Below, piece by piece: positions 1 to 11,829 of a stretch of DNA of 64,000 nucleotides. This DNA comes from Bacteroidales bacterium (lineage in GTDB: Bacteria; Bacteroidota; Bacteroidia; Bacteroidales; PUMT01), in contig SLMM01000088.1 in assembly GCA_007133565.1 (NCBI GenBank), forward strand, positions 4,191 to 68,190, given 5' to 3'. Position numbers and translations under genes: made by a program. The notes beneath the pieces were generated by a model. The model was not told the DNA's origin and ran no database searches. It saw only the letters and a program-made list of their open reading frames with translations. Position 1 is the first letter of the stretch, and each line of letters begins with the position of its first letter.

Positions 1-89
1 TGCCCCGGTCTTCCATGCATTAATCCTTTTTCGGTATATCCTGGCAGCCAGCCTGGCTGAAAACTCTAAAAGGCCCATAACGGTTTTTG

Positions 90-1526
90 TTATTCTGCAG
101 ATGAATTGTTAGTTACTTCTCCGTATTCTGATTCTATTAACACAGCTATAAGTTGCCTGTAGACTTCCACCCCTTTTTCCAGGTCATCAACAGGCAGCCG
201 TTCGTCAACATTGTGGATAGTTTCAAGCAGGTAGACGGGTAAATAAACCGGAAGTATGCCGTAAGTAGGTATTCCCTGCGACCTGAAATAGTTGTTGTCA
301 TTAGAGGCGGGCGCAAGGATGGGAATAACCCCGGCGCCATGATATACTCTTTGGAGCGCCTCTTTCATGTAATCATAGAATTCATCGGGTTGTGTAGGAG
401 GCGCATGTACAGCTTCCTTTATTACTCTTATATCTACATCACTGTTAACCAGCGATCTCCTGATTTTTTCGAGGAACTTTCCGGTATCAGTCTCCGGAAG
501 CAACCGGCAGTCAAGTATCGCTGTAATCTCCTGCGGTATCAGATTAGGGGGGCCTTCCGGCGTGTTTATTCCGGTTATGGTTATTGTATTGGTGATCAAT
601 GCGAAAATCATCTCCTCCCTTCTCATTGCAGGCACTACAAAAGGCCTGAACAACCTGAGGTTCCTTAGTGCAAGTCCGCGCATCCCGCCTTCAACCCTGC
701 CAAGCTCATAAAACATGTTGCGTGTTGACTCAGAAAAGGTTATTCTCCTGTTCCTTTCCGTAAGACGGTTAAGAGCCTGTATCTTATCCTGTACCACATA
801 GCTTGAAGGAGGTATAGAACCGTGCCCGCTGGTTGTCATGGCAAGTGTCAGCTCAACCCATAAACTCCTCTTGAATGCTATTGATATACCAAAAAGTTTT
901 CTGTCCGGTTCCCTCACAAGAACATCAGGCACACCGGACCCTCCCTCGCCGTATACCACCACGGGATTTAACAGATCGAAAAATTCCGAGACAATGATCT
1001 TTGCCCCTTTCTCCCCGCCGGTCTCTTCGCCCGAAACAGAAAGCATGGTAATATTGAAAGGCAAATCTGTTTCTGTTGCTAAATCGACATAATACTGCAT
1101 GGCAAGTAGCTGCATTACAGCCATCCCCTTGTTGTCGATCGCCCCCCGTCCCCATACTTTGCCATCAGCAATAACACCTTCGAAAGGAGGGTAAGTGAAT
1201 TCATCAACAGATACGGCCGGAACCACATCAATATGGTTCAAAAACACGATATTTGGCTTACCTGATTCCAGTGGGTAAAGTGAAGCCGTAAAATTATAGC
1301 TGTCCGGCTCGTCAGTAAGTACCTCAACATGGAACCCCTTCTGCCTTGCCACTGTCGAAAAGAACAAACCGGCCATCCTTTCACTACCGGTTACTGATTT
1401 ATGCCTTATGTACCGGCTGAGGAGATCAGCTGAACGTGGAACTGCCTGGTCATCTGAAGCCAATGCAATTAAGCATCGGCTCACAAACAGGCAGGCAATA
1501 AGAATGATCACAAACATCCTGTACAT
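90..1526 (-). CDS. M20-family zinc metallopeptidase, probably exported
   Basis: 478-aa ORF with a hydrophobic N-terminal signal-like segment (FVIILIACLFVSRCLIALA). Motifs NHIDVVP and GRGAIDNKG are typical of the M20/M28 (ArgE/DapE/CPG2) clan. Confidence 0.75.
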   Translation of the reverse strand: MYRMFVIILIACLFVSRCLIALASDDQAVPRSADLLSRYIRHKSVTGSERMAGLFFSTVARQKGFHVEVLTDEPDSYNFTASLYPLESGKPNIVFLNHIDVVPAVSVDEFTYPPFEGVIADGKVWGRGAIDNKGMAVMQLLAMQYYVDLATETDLPFNITMLSVSGEETGGEKGAKIIVSEFFDLLNPVVVYGEGGSGVPDVLVREPDRKLFGISIAFKRSLWVELTLAMTTSGHGSIPPSSYVVQDKIQALNRLTERNRRITFSESTRNMFYELGRVEGGMRGLALRNLRLFRPFVVPAMRREEMIFALITNTITITGINTPEGPPNLIPQEITAILDCRLLPETDTGKFLEKIRRSLVNSDVDIRVIKEAVHAPPTQPDEFYDYMKEALQRVYHGAGVIPILAPASNDNNYFRSQGIPTYGILPVYLPVYLLETIHNVDERLPVDDLEKGVEVYRQLIAVLIESEYGEVTNNSSAE

Positions 1527-1588
1527 AACACAAAAGTAATATTATCCCTGAAAACTTCTATGGATAATATGCAGTCTGTTCCGGGCAG

Positions 1589-3604
<2,016 letters not shown>

Positions 3605-3621
3605 CTATTTTTAAAAACTAT

Positions 3622-3629
3622 CAAATATA
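3622..3629 (-). promoter_or_regulatory. Candidate Bacteroidota sigma-A -7 box (TAtaTTTG) for gyrB
   Basis: Plus-strand caaatata is TATATTTG on the minus strand, a perfect match to TAnnTTTG. It lies about 50 nt upstream of the gyrB ATG. Confidence 0.35.
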
Positions 3630-3723
3630 GCAAAAATTAAGCAAAGAAACCGGTAAAACCGGCCTGCCGGGGAGTGATTTTTCAACAAGTAACAAACACT
3701 TTATTATGCTGTTTTCATGAATG

Positions 3724-5400
3724 TTACATGGAGTAGGTAAAACCGGCCTTCACAGAAAAGCCCTGTACCGGATAGTGGTTCCACTTGTAATAATTTGTAT
3801 TGGTAATATTATTAAGCCGTATGAACCCTGAAAGTATCCTGCTGTAGCGGTATTCAAGCCTCAGGTTGAAATCTGTTATCCCATCCAGTTCAAGGGGTCC
3901 GCTGTCATTGCCGAAAGGTTTTGCAAAGCGCTTACCTATATAGAATACATCGGCGTTAAGCAGGATCTTATCACGCAGGTTATAACCGGCGGAAAACTTC
4001 ATATCAAGTGAGGGCACATGCCAGGGATGCTTCTGAGTTTTCATTTCATAACTGTTGTAATTAATCCTTGCCAACAGATTAAACCTGTCGGATATATCAG
4101 CTCCTATTTCACCCGTGTATGAGAGAACTTCAACATCATCGTAAACTACTGCGAACTGGTTGCCGATAAGGCTCGTGCTGTCATTCACGAAAAAATGCAT
4201 ATCATCCTTAACCAGATATGACACCCTGAAGTTGAAAGAGACATCTCTTGTGAAGTTGCCCTTAACTCCCGCATGAATATCCATGTTAAGATTCGAATTG
4301 CGCACATTCAATCCAGGTATAATGAACGGGTTATCATTGGCAACCCTGTTGTAATGATTAATATTAAGGTTCCCGTCTATTCCCACGTACGGTATCACGA
4401 AGTTGCGGATTATACTGAACTGGAGGCTTGCCCTGGGATGAAAATAGAGTTTTGATTCCTCTCCCATCTGATCATAATATGTATGGAACCCGGCAAACAC
4501 TTCCCATTCATCATCAGCCTTGTTGAACCAGGGGCTGAACCGTAATACAAGATTTGATGTATCTGCCAGACTAACATTATTATAATAGCTGACTCCAAGG
4601 TCAGCCCCAATCACCTGGCTGCGGATAAATCTGTCAAATGAGGAAACGAATGAGATACCATGCTCCTGAACATCCAGACGGTCCTGAAAATATCTGTAGA
4701 AAAGCGAAACATCATAGTTCAGATGATTGGAATCCAAATGGGTGGATTTAAACCTGAGGCCTCCTCCTGCCATCATGAATTGCTGTTTTATATCATCCTG
4801 GGCCAGCAGTGTATCTACACCAGTATCATAGCCGTAATAATGAAAGGCATTTGTATTCAGGCCTATCTCTCCGGACAGGGAATTACGGCGGCCCATTCTT
4901 TTACCGTAAAATAGCATTTCGTTGTCCGAAAACTGGGAGTAAGCCTTCTCATCATTTGCCAGACTCAATCTTCCCTGTGAAGAAAGATGTTTAAGATATA
5001 ATCCTCCGCTATAATTGTTATGTCGCAGATTATTTATGCTCAGTTCACCATAGGGCGTTATATAGCTGCCAAAGCCAAGGCTTAAATAGCTGCCATAGAG
5101 TTTTGAAACAGGCTCCGCCGACATACGTGCTGCCGTAACAGGCTCAACCTCAAAATCAGATGCCAGAGGAGTGGGCAGTATGGAATAGGTGAAGGCGGGT
5201 GCCACACTAAGGGTATCGGTAAGCGAGGGCAACAGGTTTATCTTGGATGCATCGGCAACTGAAGGTTCGAAAGGCCTTACAACTACAACTTCCCTGTCAA
5301 AGCCTTCCTGGGCGGCAACGCCCAGGGGCATAAACAACAGTATTGAAACCATTTTAAACGAAAATCCGCTTTTGATTATCCTATATACTAAATCCTTCAT
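3724..5400 (-). CDS. Predicted outer-membrane beta-barrel protein of unknown function
   Basis: 558-aa ORF with a signal peptide (ILLFMPLGVAAQE). It shows long runs of alternating hydrophobic/polar residues rich in Y/F/N/G and an aromatic terminal strand (KAGFTYSM). It starts 23 nt downstream of the TPR gene on the same strand. Confidence 0.55.
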   Translation of the reverse strand: MKDLVYRIIKSGFSFKMVSILLFMPLGVAAQEGFDREVVVVRPFEPSVADASKINLLPSLTDTLSVAPAFTYSILPTPLASDFEVEPVTAARMSAEPVSKLYGSYLSLGFGSYITPYGELSINNLRHNNYSGGLYLKHLSSQGRLSLANDEKAYSQFSDNEMLFYGKRMGRRNSLSGEIGLNTNAFHYYGYDTGVDTLLAQDDIKQQFMMAGGGLRFKSTHLDSNHLNYDVSLFYRYFQDRLDVQEHGISFVSSFDRFIRSQVIGADLGVSYYNNVSLADTSNLVLRFSPWFNKADDEWEVFAGFHTYYDQMGEESKLYFHPRASLQFSIIRNFVIPYVGIDGNLNINHYNRVANDNPFIIPGLNVRNSNLNMDIHAGVKGNFTRDVSFNFRVSYLVKDDMHFFVNDSTSLIGNQFAVVYDDVEVLSYTGEIGADISDRFNLLARINYNSYEMKTQKHPWHVPSLDMKFSAGYNLRDKILLNADVFYIGKRFAKPFGNDSGPLELDGITDFNLRLEYRYSRILSGFIRLNNITNTNYYKWNHYPVQGFSVKAGFTYSM

Positions 5401-5423
5401 TTCACAGGTACTTATTATCAGTT

Positions 5424-8400
5424 TTACTGGTTTCTCAATCTGATCTCAATTGTATCCCCTTCTCTTTCGGTCACTATCTCTTCACGCTTCCCGATTTCGA
5501 GAAGCCTGCTCCTGGTTTCTGCAAGAATGCCGTCATCCGGAACATCATAGTTGTCGATAATACTCTGAAGAGTATGTCTGGCCTGGAAATCATCGCCAAG
5601 GTCAAGATAAATATCTGCAAGCAGTATAAATGATTTTGCCATCCAGTACTGATGTGGGGTGTTCATTGCAACAAGCTCGTAAATTTCCTGTTCGGACTGT
5701 TCACTTTTTCCTTGCAGGAACAATATTTCAGCAATCCTGTATTTAGATTCGGCTCCTTCGCGGCTGGTAACCTCCCTTGCAACCACCCTGAACTCATTCA
5801 ATGCCTGGTCATGCCGGTTGGTTGCCTTATAAGCCCGGGCCATGGCAAAATGAGCCTCCCTTCTCAATTCTTCAGACAGGTTGTAGGTAGTCAGCACCCT
5901 CGAGGCTGACCTGATGGTTGCCTCGTGGTTTCCGAGTATTGAATTGCATCTCATTTGCCCTTTCCTTGCGGTCAGCAGGCTTGAAGTTATTTCGGCAATT
6001 CGTTCCAGCTCCTCGTAATTGGCGAGGGCGTCTTCATAATTACCAAGGCTGTAATTTATAGACGATGCCCCTAGTAATGCCTGCTCTGTAAATGTATTCC
6101 TGAACATACCTGTTACAAAGTTGTATGATTCCAACGCTTTTTCATATTCATGAAGACGGTGGTGGCAGTCTGCCTTATAAAAATGGGCGTTGAGAATAAA
6201 ACTGCCGCTTCTGAACTGCTCAATATACCGGGCAAAATTTTCGGTAGCCTGCCTGCAATTGCCGGCCATGTAAAGGTTCTCCGCAGCAATATAGGTAAGG
6301 GAATCCTGTTCGGATATCGTTACAGTTGCATAATCTCCCAGTGTCCTGGTATAGGCAACATAGGAATCTATATCGTTCATGTCGAGATATATATTTCTCA
6401 AACCTGCCAGGGCAGACCTTGATTCGGGCGTGCCAGGAAATCCCTCCGCAACCTGTTTAAAATACTCAATGGCTGTTTGGTTCCGGTTGCGGTTATAATC
6501 GATGAGCCCGAGTTGCAGGAGAGCAGAGCTCACATAGGTGCTTGCAGGGTATTCATCAACCACCTTCCTGTAAAAAGGAATTGCACTTTCGGGAGTTCTG
6601 GCAGTCATATGGGCATTACCAAGTTCAAAAAGCGCATCAGTTGTATAAGATGAGCCGGGATGTTCATCAAGAAGCTGCTTAAGTATATCTATCTTGACGT
6701 TGATTCTGTTTAGAAGCCCTGAAGCAACAGCCTTCTGAAAAAGGGCATAATCCCGGTTAGCCATGCCGTTGTTTACCGATCTTTCATAATACTCAACAGC
6801 GGTATCATACCTTGTAAGGATAAAATAGGCGTCACCCAACCGGTTAAGTGCATCGGCCACCATACGCGTTCCGGCTTCACGGGTGAGGCCAAGGTATCTC
6901 CTGAACCAGGAGACCGCATTCTGATAATCGCTGCTCTTGAAATATCCGTACCCCATATTATAATGGGCAATAGTGTATTCATCGAGCTCGAATGCACCCG
7001 GAGAAAGCAGAAAGCGGTTATAGTTCCTGACAGCCTCATCATACCTTCCGAGTCGGAAATTCGCTTCACCCTTCCAGTAATAAGTCTGTGCAGCAATAGT
7101 TGCGTTGAACTGGGCATTCTCAAGAGATACATCAAACACCCTGATTGCATCTTCAAACCTCAGATTGCTATACAGTTCCAGTCCCCTGAAATAAGCAACT
7201 CTCTGGTGTGCCTGCCTTATTTCACTCGTGTGCACACTTATCTTCTCGATCGACTGTAATGCCTCCCGGTAATTCCTGGTATTCATATAAGCCATTACAA
7301 GGTAATTGTATGCCTCGTCAATGCGCCGTGAATCGGGAAACAGTTCTATAAACCTGTTCAGGCCGTTTATTGCCTCATTAAAAGGTGAATATGCAATTTC
7401 AAATGTCAGCAGCGAATAGTTAAAAAGTGCATCTTCCTGGATTGTTCTGTCAAATTCCATTCTCGATGCAGCAGAAAAAGCCATCCTTGCCTTTTGCTTA
7501 TCGCCAAGCCTGATGTAGCAATCCGCCAGATGATAATTGGTATTCTGACTCAGCAGGTCTTCCCTGCCACCAACTCTTTCAAACATGGCGGCGGCTTCTT
7601 CATACCGTTCGGTCTGGTAGTAGCAGTAGCCGAGCTGGTACCTGTCCTCCCTGGAAATATTTCCCGTATTTTCCATGAACATCTCAAGGTAGTGGATTGC
7701 CTCCTTGTATTGCCTGCGTCGATAATAGGATTCACCAATTACCCTGGCAATTTCAGCAACCCGCCTTGATACTGCAACTTCCAGCAGTTCAGGGCCATGT
7801 TCGATCACATCGTCATATCTTCGCTGCATGTAATATATCTGGATGATATAATAAGGGACTATGCCGCTGAATGATTCATCATCCTGCAAATCCAGAAATC
7901 CACGCAGGGCCGTCTCCAGATTATTTTCGGTATAAGCTATATGCGAATAGTAGTATGTTGCCGGTGCAGCATAGGGAGAATCCCAGTTCCTTATCACGAA
8001 GAATGCCCTGGAGGCCCTTTGATACTCATTTCTCATGAAATACCCGTAACCCAGCATGAAAAAATACTCATCCCTCAGCTCCTCATTCAGGTACTCATGT
8101 CTCACCGCTTCAAGCCAGTCCGATGACCTCCTGTAATTCCTGTTCCTGTAATACAGCCTGCCAAGGTGAAAGTGGGCATCATTGAGATGTATGCTTTCAG
8201 GATTGTTGCTTACAAATTTCATCATAAGGTATTCGGCATCGGCATTGAAGAGCTCAACAGCGCAAAGTGCCGAATAATATTCCGCCTTTGAGCTCAGCAA
8301 TGTATTGATCCCTTCATACTCATCCATCGCACGCTGAAAATGCTTTTGTGCAGCCCCGTATTTTTCCTTGTTAAAAAGATCCATTGCACGCTCGAAGGAG

Positions 8401-8504
8401 ATGTCGGCATTGTCATATATCAGAGGTTTCTGCCCGCTGACAGCCCCGGAGAAAGCAAAAAGGAAAAAGGCTGCCAGAAATAATGGTATGGCCATCCTGG
8501 TCAT
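5424..8504 (-). CDS. Large tetratricopeptide-repeat (TPR) protein, exported
   Basis: 1026-aa ORF with a signal peptide (AIPLFLAAFFLFAFSGAVSGQ) and no lipobox Cys. Dozens of 34-aa A/Y/F/L-patterned repeats occur, e.g. YYWKGEANFRLGRYDEAVRNYNRFL and ALFELGNAHM. Confidence 0.8.
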   Translation of the reverse strand: MTRMAIPLFLAAFFLFAFSGAVSGQKPLIYDNADISFERAMDLFNKEKYGAAQKHFQRAMDEYEGINTLLSSKAEYYSALCAVELFNADAEYLMMKFVSNNPESIHLNDAHFHLGRLYYRNRNYRRSSDWLEAVRHEYLNEELRDEYFFMLGYGYFMRNEYQRASRAFFVIRNWDSPYAAPATYYYSHIAYTENNLETALRGFLDLQDDESFSGIVPYYIIQIYYMQRRYDDVIEHGPELLEVAVSRRVAEIARVIGESYYRRRQYKEAIHYLEMFMENTGNISREDRYQLGYCYYQTERYEEAAAMFERVGGREDLLSQNTNYHLADCYIRLGDKQKARMAFSAASRMEFDRTIQEDALFNYSLLTFEIAYSPFNEAINGLNRFIELFPDSRRIDEAYNYLVMAYMNTRNYREALQSIEKISVHTSEIRQAHQRVAYFRGLELYSNLRFEDAIRVFDVSLENAQFNATIAAQTYYWKGEANFRLGRYDEAVRNYNRFLLSPGAFELDEYTIAHYNMGYGYFKSSDYQNAVSWFRRYLGLTREAGTRMVADALNRLGDAYFILTRYDTAVEYYERSVNNGMANRDYALFQKAVASGLLNRINVKIDILKQLLDEHPGSSYTTDALFELGNAHMTARTPESAIPFYRKVVDEYPASTYVSSALLQLGLIDYNRNRNQTAIEYFKQVAEGFPGTPESRSALAGLRNIYLDMNDIDSYVAYTRTLGDYATVTISEQDSLTYIAAENLYMAGNCRQATENFARYIEQFRSGSFILNAHFYKADCHHRLHEYEKALESYNFVTGMFRNTFTEQALLGASSINYSLGNYEDALANYEELERIAEITSSLLTARKGQMRCNSILGNHEATIRSASRVLTTYNLSEELRREAHFAMARAYKATNRHDQALNEFRVVAREVTSREGAESKYRIAEILFLQGKSEQSEQEIYELVAMNTPHQYWMAKSFILLADIYLDLGDDFQARHTLQSIIDNYDVPDDGILAETRSRLLEIGKREEIVTEREGDTIEIRLRNQ

Positions 8505-8730
8505 CGGTTCAGTCTATGGTTGTTAGGTGTGTTATTATTTTGCACTGCCAAAAATACAATTTATATATGAATGAAATCCTCTTTTAAGGACCTATTTTAA
8601 TTAACAATAACTGATATTTTGGCCGAATATTCTGCCGCTCCTGATAAAAAATAGTTATTTTAGCGCCCGGATGACAGTAACCCCTACCTGCAGTCTGATT
8701 TGTTGATGCATAGAATAATTTTTGATATCC

Positions 8731-9441
8731 ATGTCGCTTGACCTGATAATAGATTTAAATAAGGTAAATATCCTCCAGGGAGACAACCTTATCCTTTCAG
8801 AAGTTTCCTTCAGCGTCAATAAGGGCGAATTTATCTATATAATTGGCAAGGTTGGCAGCGGAAAAACAAGCATCATAAGGACAATAAATGCCGAATTGCC
8901 GCTGAGGTCCGGCACCGCGCTGGTTGCAGGTTATGACCTCGAAAAGATCCGCAAAAGGCAGGTACCCTACCTCAGAAGGAAACTTGGTATTGTATTCCAG
9001 GATTTTCAGTTGCTGGGCGACAGGAATATATACGACAACCTGTCGTTCGTGCTCCGTGCAACAGGATGGAAGAATAAAGCTGATATAAGTAACCGGATAG
9101 AAGAGGTCCTTCAAAGGGTGGATCTGGGCTACAAGGGATACAAAATGCCACATCAGCTTTCAGGTGGTGAGCAGCAACGCGTTGTTATTGCAAGGGCTCT
9201 TCTTAACAACCCGGATGTCATTCTTGCCGATGAGCCTACCGGGAACCTTGATCCCGAGACTTCCGAAGACATTCTCAGGCTGCTTCTTGAAATAAGCGGC
9301 AGCGGCAGGGCGGTTATTATGGCAACACACAATTACCCATTACTCAAGAAATTTCCGGCACGTACCATCAAATGTGATCAGGGCAGGATAATGGAGGTTG
9401 ACCAAACAGCTGAGATCGACTTTACCAGTTTGATGGACTGA
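8731..9441 (+). CDS. ftsE: Cell-division ABC ATPase FtsE-like
   Basis: Walker A GKVGSGKTS, signature LSGGEQQRVVIARAL, Walker B ILADEPTGNLD, and an FtsE-like VPYLRRKLGIVFQDFQLL segment. I chose the ATG at 8731 rather than the TTG at 8722. No ftsX is adjacent. Confidence 0.75.
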   Translation: MSLDLIIDLNKVNILQGDNLILSEVSFSVNKGEFIYIIGKVGSGKTSIIRTINAELPLRSGTALVAGYDLEKIRKRQVPYLRRKLGIVFQDFQLLGDRNIYDNLSFVLRATGWKNKADISNRIEEVLQRVDLGYKGYKMPHQLSGGEQQRVVIARALLNNPDVILADEPTGNLDPETSEDILRLLLEISGSGRAVIMATHNYPLLKKFPARTIKCDQGRIMEVDQTAEIDFTSLMD

Positions 9442-9480
9442 CCAGGTATGCCTGGAAATATACTGACCCGCAAAGTCAGA

Positions 9481-10407
9481 TTACCTTTTAAGACGGTTTG
9501 CAGGGAACCTCAGCCGGTTCATTCTGATACGGTGGTAAATGACTGCCCGGGCACCAAAACCCATGTAGAACCTGGCCGTTCCGGGATTGACCGAACCGTT
9601 GAAATCAAAAACCCTGCCTTTGCCTGCATACTGTTTCAGAAAACTGTCCAACAGCATAAACATTGCACCATATTTCCTGCCCTCTTCAGTATTGGCCGAA
9701 AAGTAAAAAACATAACGGTCATAATCTTCAAGCATGCATAGCGCGGCAAGTATTCTGCCCCGTGTCGAAAATGCACCCCTGATCTCGATAAACCCTTCAT
9801 CCAGCCCCTTTTCAAGAAGATTCTGAAGCCTGATATAATTCACTCTTCGGATGTTGGGATAATTCCTGCCGGCACTGCCTGCAAAAAGCCTTACAATATC
9901 ACCTGCCATGTTATGCGGCCTGAGTTCGATACGCAACCTTCCTGCCTTCTGGATGTTTCTCAGGGTATTCTTATCATAACCAGCCACCATCTGTTCGTAT
10001 GGCCGGTCGAGATTCAGCAGGTAATTTGTCATTTTTACGCTGCGGTACCCGCATTCGCCGGGGTCGTTCATTTCATTCATGGAAATATCGGCAAACCTGA
10101 ACAAACCATGAGCCCGGTCCAGGAACTCTTTGGTATTGCATGAAATACCCTCCCGGTAAAAGCAACCAAGCTGTTGCACAAATATCGGCTGAAACAGATA
10201 GGTGATGCCCCATTTCCTGTTCCGGGTAAGCGGCATGAAAACATCTCCGTTACCGGCCACCAAAGCCTCCCAGCCGGGAGAGAAAATATCAAGAAACAGC
10301 GAACTGGAGTATATCCTCCGGTTGGCTGATCCTCTGACCCAGCTGTCCCACTCCTCCCTGTCTATCAGGCCGGATGCCAGATATCTGATTTCAGACGATG
10401 GTTTCAT
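9481..10407 (-). CDS. FemAB-like / GNAT-fold acyl(aminoacyl)transferase-like protein
   Basis: 308-aa ORF. Its layout and C-terminal half (YVFYFSANTEEGRKYGAMFMLLDSFLKQYAGKGRVFDFNGS) resemble FemAB/BioF2-like GNAT proteins. Its start overlaps the upstream stop in an ATGA. Confidence 0.45.
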   Translation of the reverse strand: MKPSSEIRYLASGLIDREEWDSWVRGSANRRIYSSSLFLDIFSPGWEALVAGNGDVFMPLTRNRKWGITYLFQPIFVQQLGCFYREGISCNTKEFLDRAHGLFRFADISMNEMNDPGECGYRSVKMTNYLLNLDRPYEQMVAGYDKNTLRNIQKAGRLRIELRPHNMAGDIVRLFAGSAGRNYPNIRRVNYIRLQNLLEKGLDEGFIEIRGAFSTRGRILAALCMLEDYDRYVFYFSANTEEGRKYGAMFMLLDSFLKQYAGKGRVFDFNGSVNPGTARFYMGFGARAVIYHRIRMNRLRFPANRLKR

Positions 10408-11720
10408 CGGGTTGCCTCCCTGATGAGTTCAAGATAAACATTTTTCCAGTTTTTCCACCTGCCTGTTTCCGAAAAAGATTCATTGTGCCAGAGTGTCACC
10501 AGCGTTCCACCCACACGCCGAACCTTCGCAACAAGTTCTGAAACATGAGCCGTTGCCTGTTCCGGATCAAGTTTCATATAATCGCAAAGAGTGCCGTCCA
10601 TTACCTGGAATGGATATAGTTCAAGATTGAGTGCCTCCTCGCGGCCAATGTCATAAAACCGGAAAGGGGTACAGGTTCCTGCCCTGAAACCCGTCATCTC
10701 TGCCCATCCCAGGGTATAATCCTCCCTGATTCCTGCCCCTTCAAGCATCCGGCAGCTCCCGGGAAACGAGAATCTCAGGTAATGATGCCTGCTCCGGACA
10801 GGATACCGTCCGGTAATACCTGCCAGTACATCTGCCTCTCTTTTCAACTGTTCCTGGTCACCGTGCGACCGGTATGACGGGTGTATTCCCCAGCCGAATT
10901 CGTCCGACAGTTCCCTCACCAGTCCCCTGTATTCAGAATTGAAAGGAGACACCGATTTATCATATGTACCGTATCCCCCGGCACTGAAAAAGAAAACAGG
11001 CGCCACCCCGCACTTCCGGTGCAGGTCTGTTATAATCGCATAGGTGTCGAAAGGATCGTCAGCGCCCCTGAAAAGCACTCTGTATCGCATCTTCATCTCC
11101 TCAATGCTGCCGGTTACCGCTGATCTGGCAAACCCGCCCAATGTGCGCCATATTCCACGATTTTTATAAGCCCAGGGAACATCCAGGTCTATTGTAGGTA
11201 TAAACCTGAATTCCCTTTCGGGGAAGGTAACGGCGTTGTACTTTTTAACCAGCGCCTTCCTGAGTATCCCGGCCCACTGGTCAACCAGCGGCTCTCCCGT
11301 TAGGCCGAACCTTGACACCATGCTGTTCTTCCAGGGAAACCTGCCGTGTATGTCTTTTCTGTGAGGCATATATTCCTCGTAACGGCTGAGCATATAAAAA
11401 GAGGCGGCAAAAATATCAAACCCGGTATCATCGCTTCCTTTTGATCTAAAAAGAACATTGCCACTTTCAATTTTCAGGGGTTTTACATCTATTTCCCTCA
11501 CACCCTCTTCCTCCAGCAGTCCGTTAGGAATAATATTCAGGGCACCCGGCATACCAGACGGCGAATAGTTTATTACGGGAATCGATGCGGAAAGTGCTTC
11601 CTCCCTTTCCGATGAGAAAACCACTTCGGCGCCCGGTAACATAGATATCAGTTGTGTGGAGGCATACCTCAACCGTGGCGTAATTGAGGGCGAATAAAAC
11701 AATATTTTGTGCCTGCTCAT
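10404..11720 (-). CDS. Polysaccharide-deacetylase-like (divergent NodB-fold) protein with an N-terminal extra domain
   Basis: 438-aa ORF. The C-terminal half has IPTIDLDVPWAY, GIHPSY and HHYLRF segments reminiscent of carbohydrate esterase 4-like folds. No signal peptide is visible. Confidence 0.45.
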   Translation of the reverse strand: MSRHKILFYSPSITPRLRYASTQLISMLPGAEVVFSSEREEALSASIPVINYSPSGMPGALNIIPNGLLEEEGVREIDVKPLKIESGNVLFRSKGSDDTGFDIFAASFYMLSRYEEYMPHRKDIHGRFPWKNSMVSRFGLTGEPLVDQWAGILRKALVKKYNAVTFPEREFRFIPTIDLDVPWAYKNRGIWRTLGGFARSAVTGSIEEMKMRYRVLFRGADDPFDTYAIITDLHRKCGVAPVFFFSAGGYGTYDKSVSPFNSEYRGLVRELSDEFGWGIHPSYRSHGDQEQLKREADVLAGITGRYPVRSRHHYLRFSFPGSCRMLEGAGIREDYTLGWAEMTGFRAGTCTPFRFYDIGREEALNLELYPFQVMDGTLCDYMKLDPEQATAHVSELVAKVRRVGGTLVTLWHNESFSETGRWKNWKNVYLELIREATR

Positions 11721-11829
11721 ACTGCAAAAATATATAATGCAATTATTGATTCGGATAATATTTATGCTTTTTTACAGGAAGATCAGGGATTGGGTTTTAA
11801 AATTGTTTGCATTAATTTTGACCACAAAA

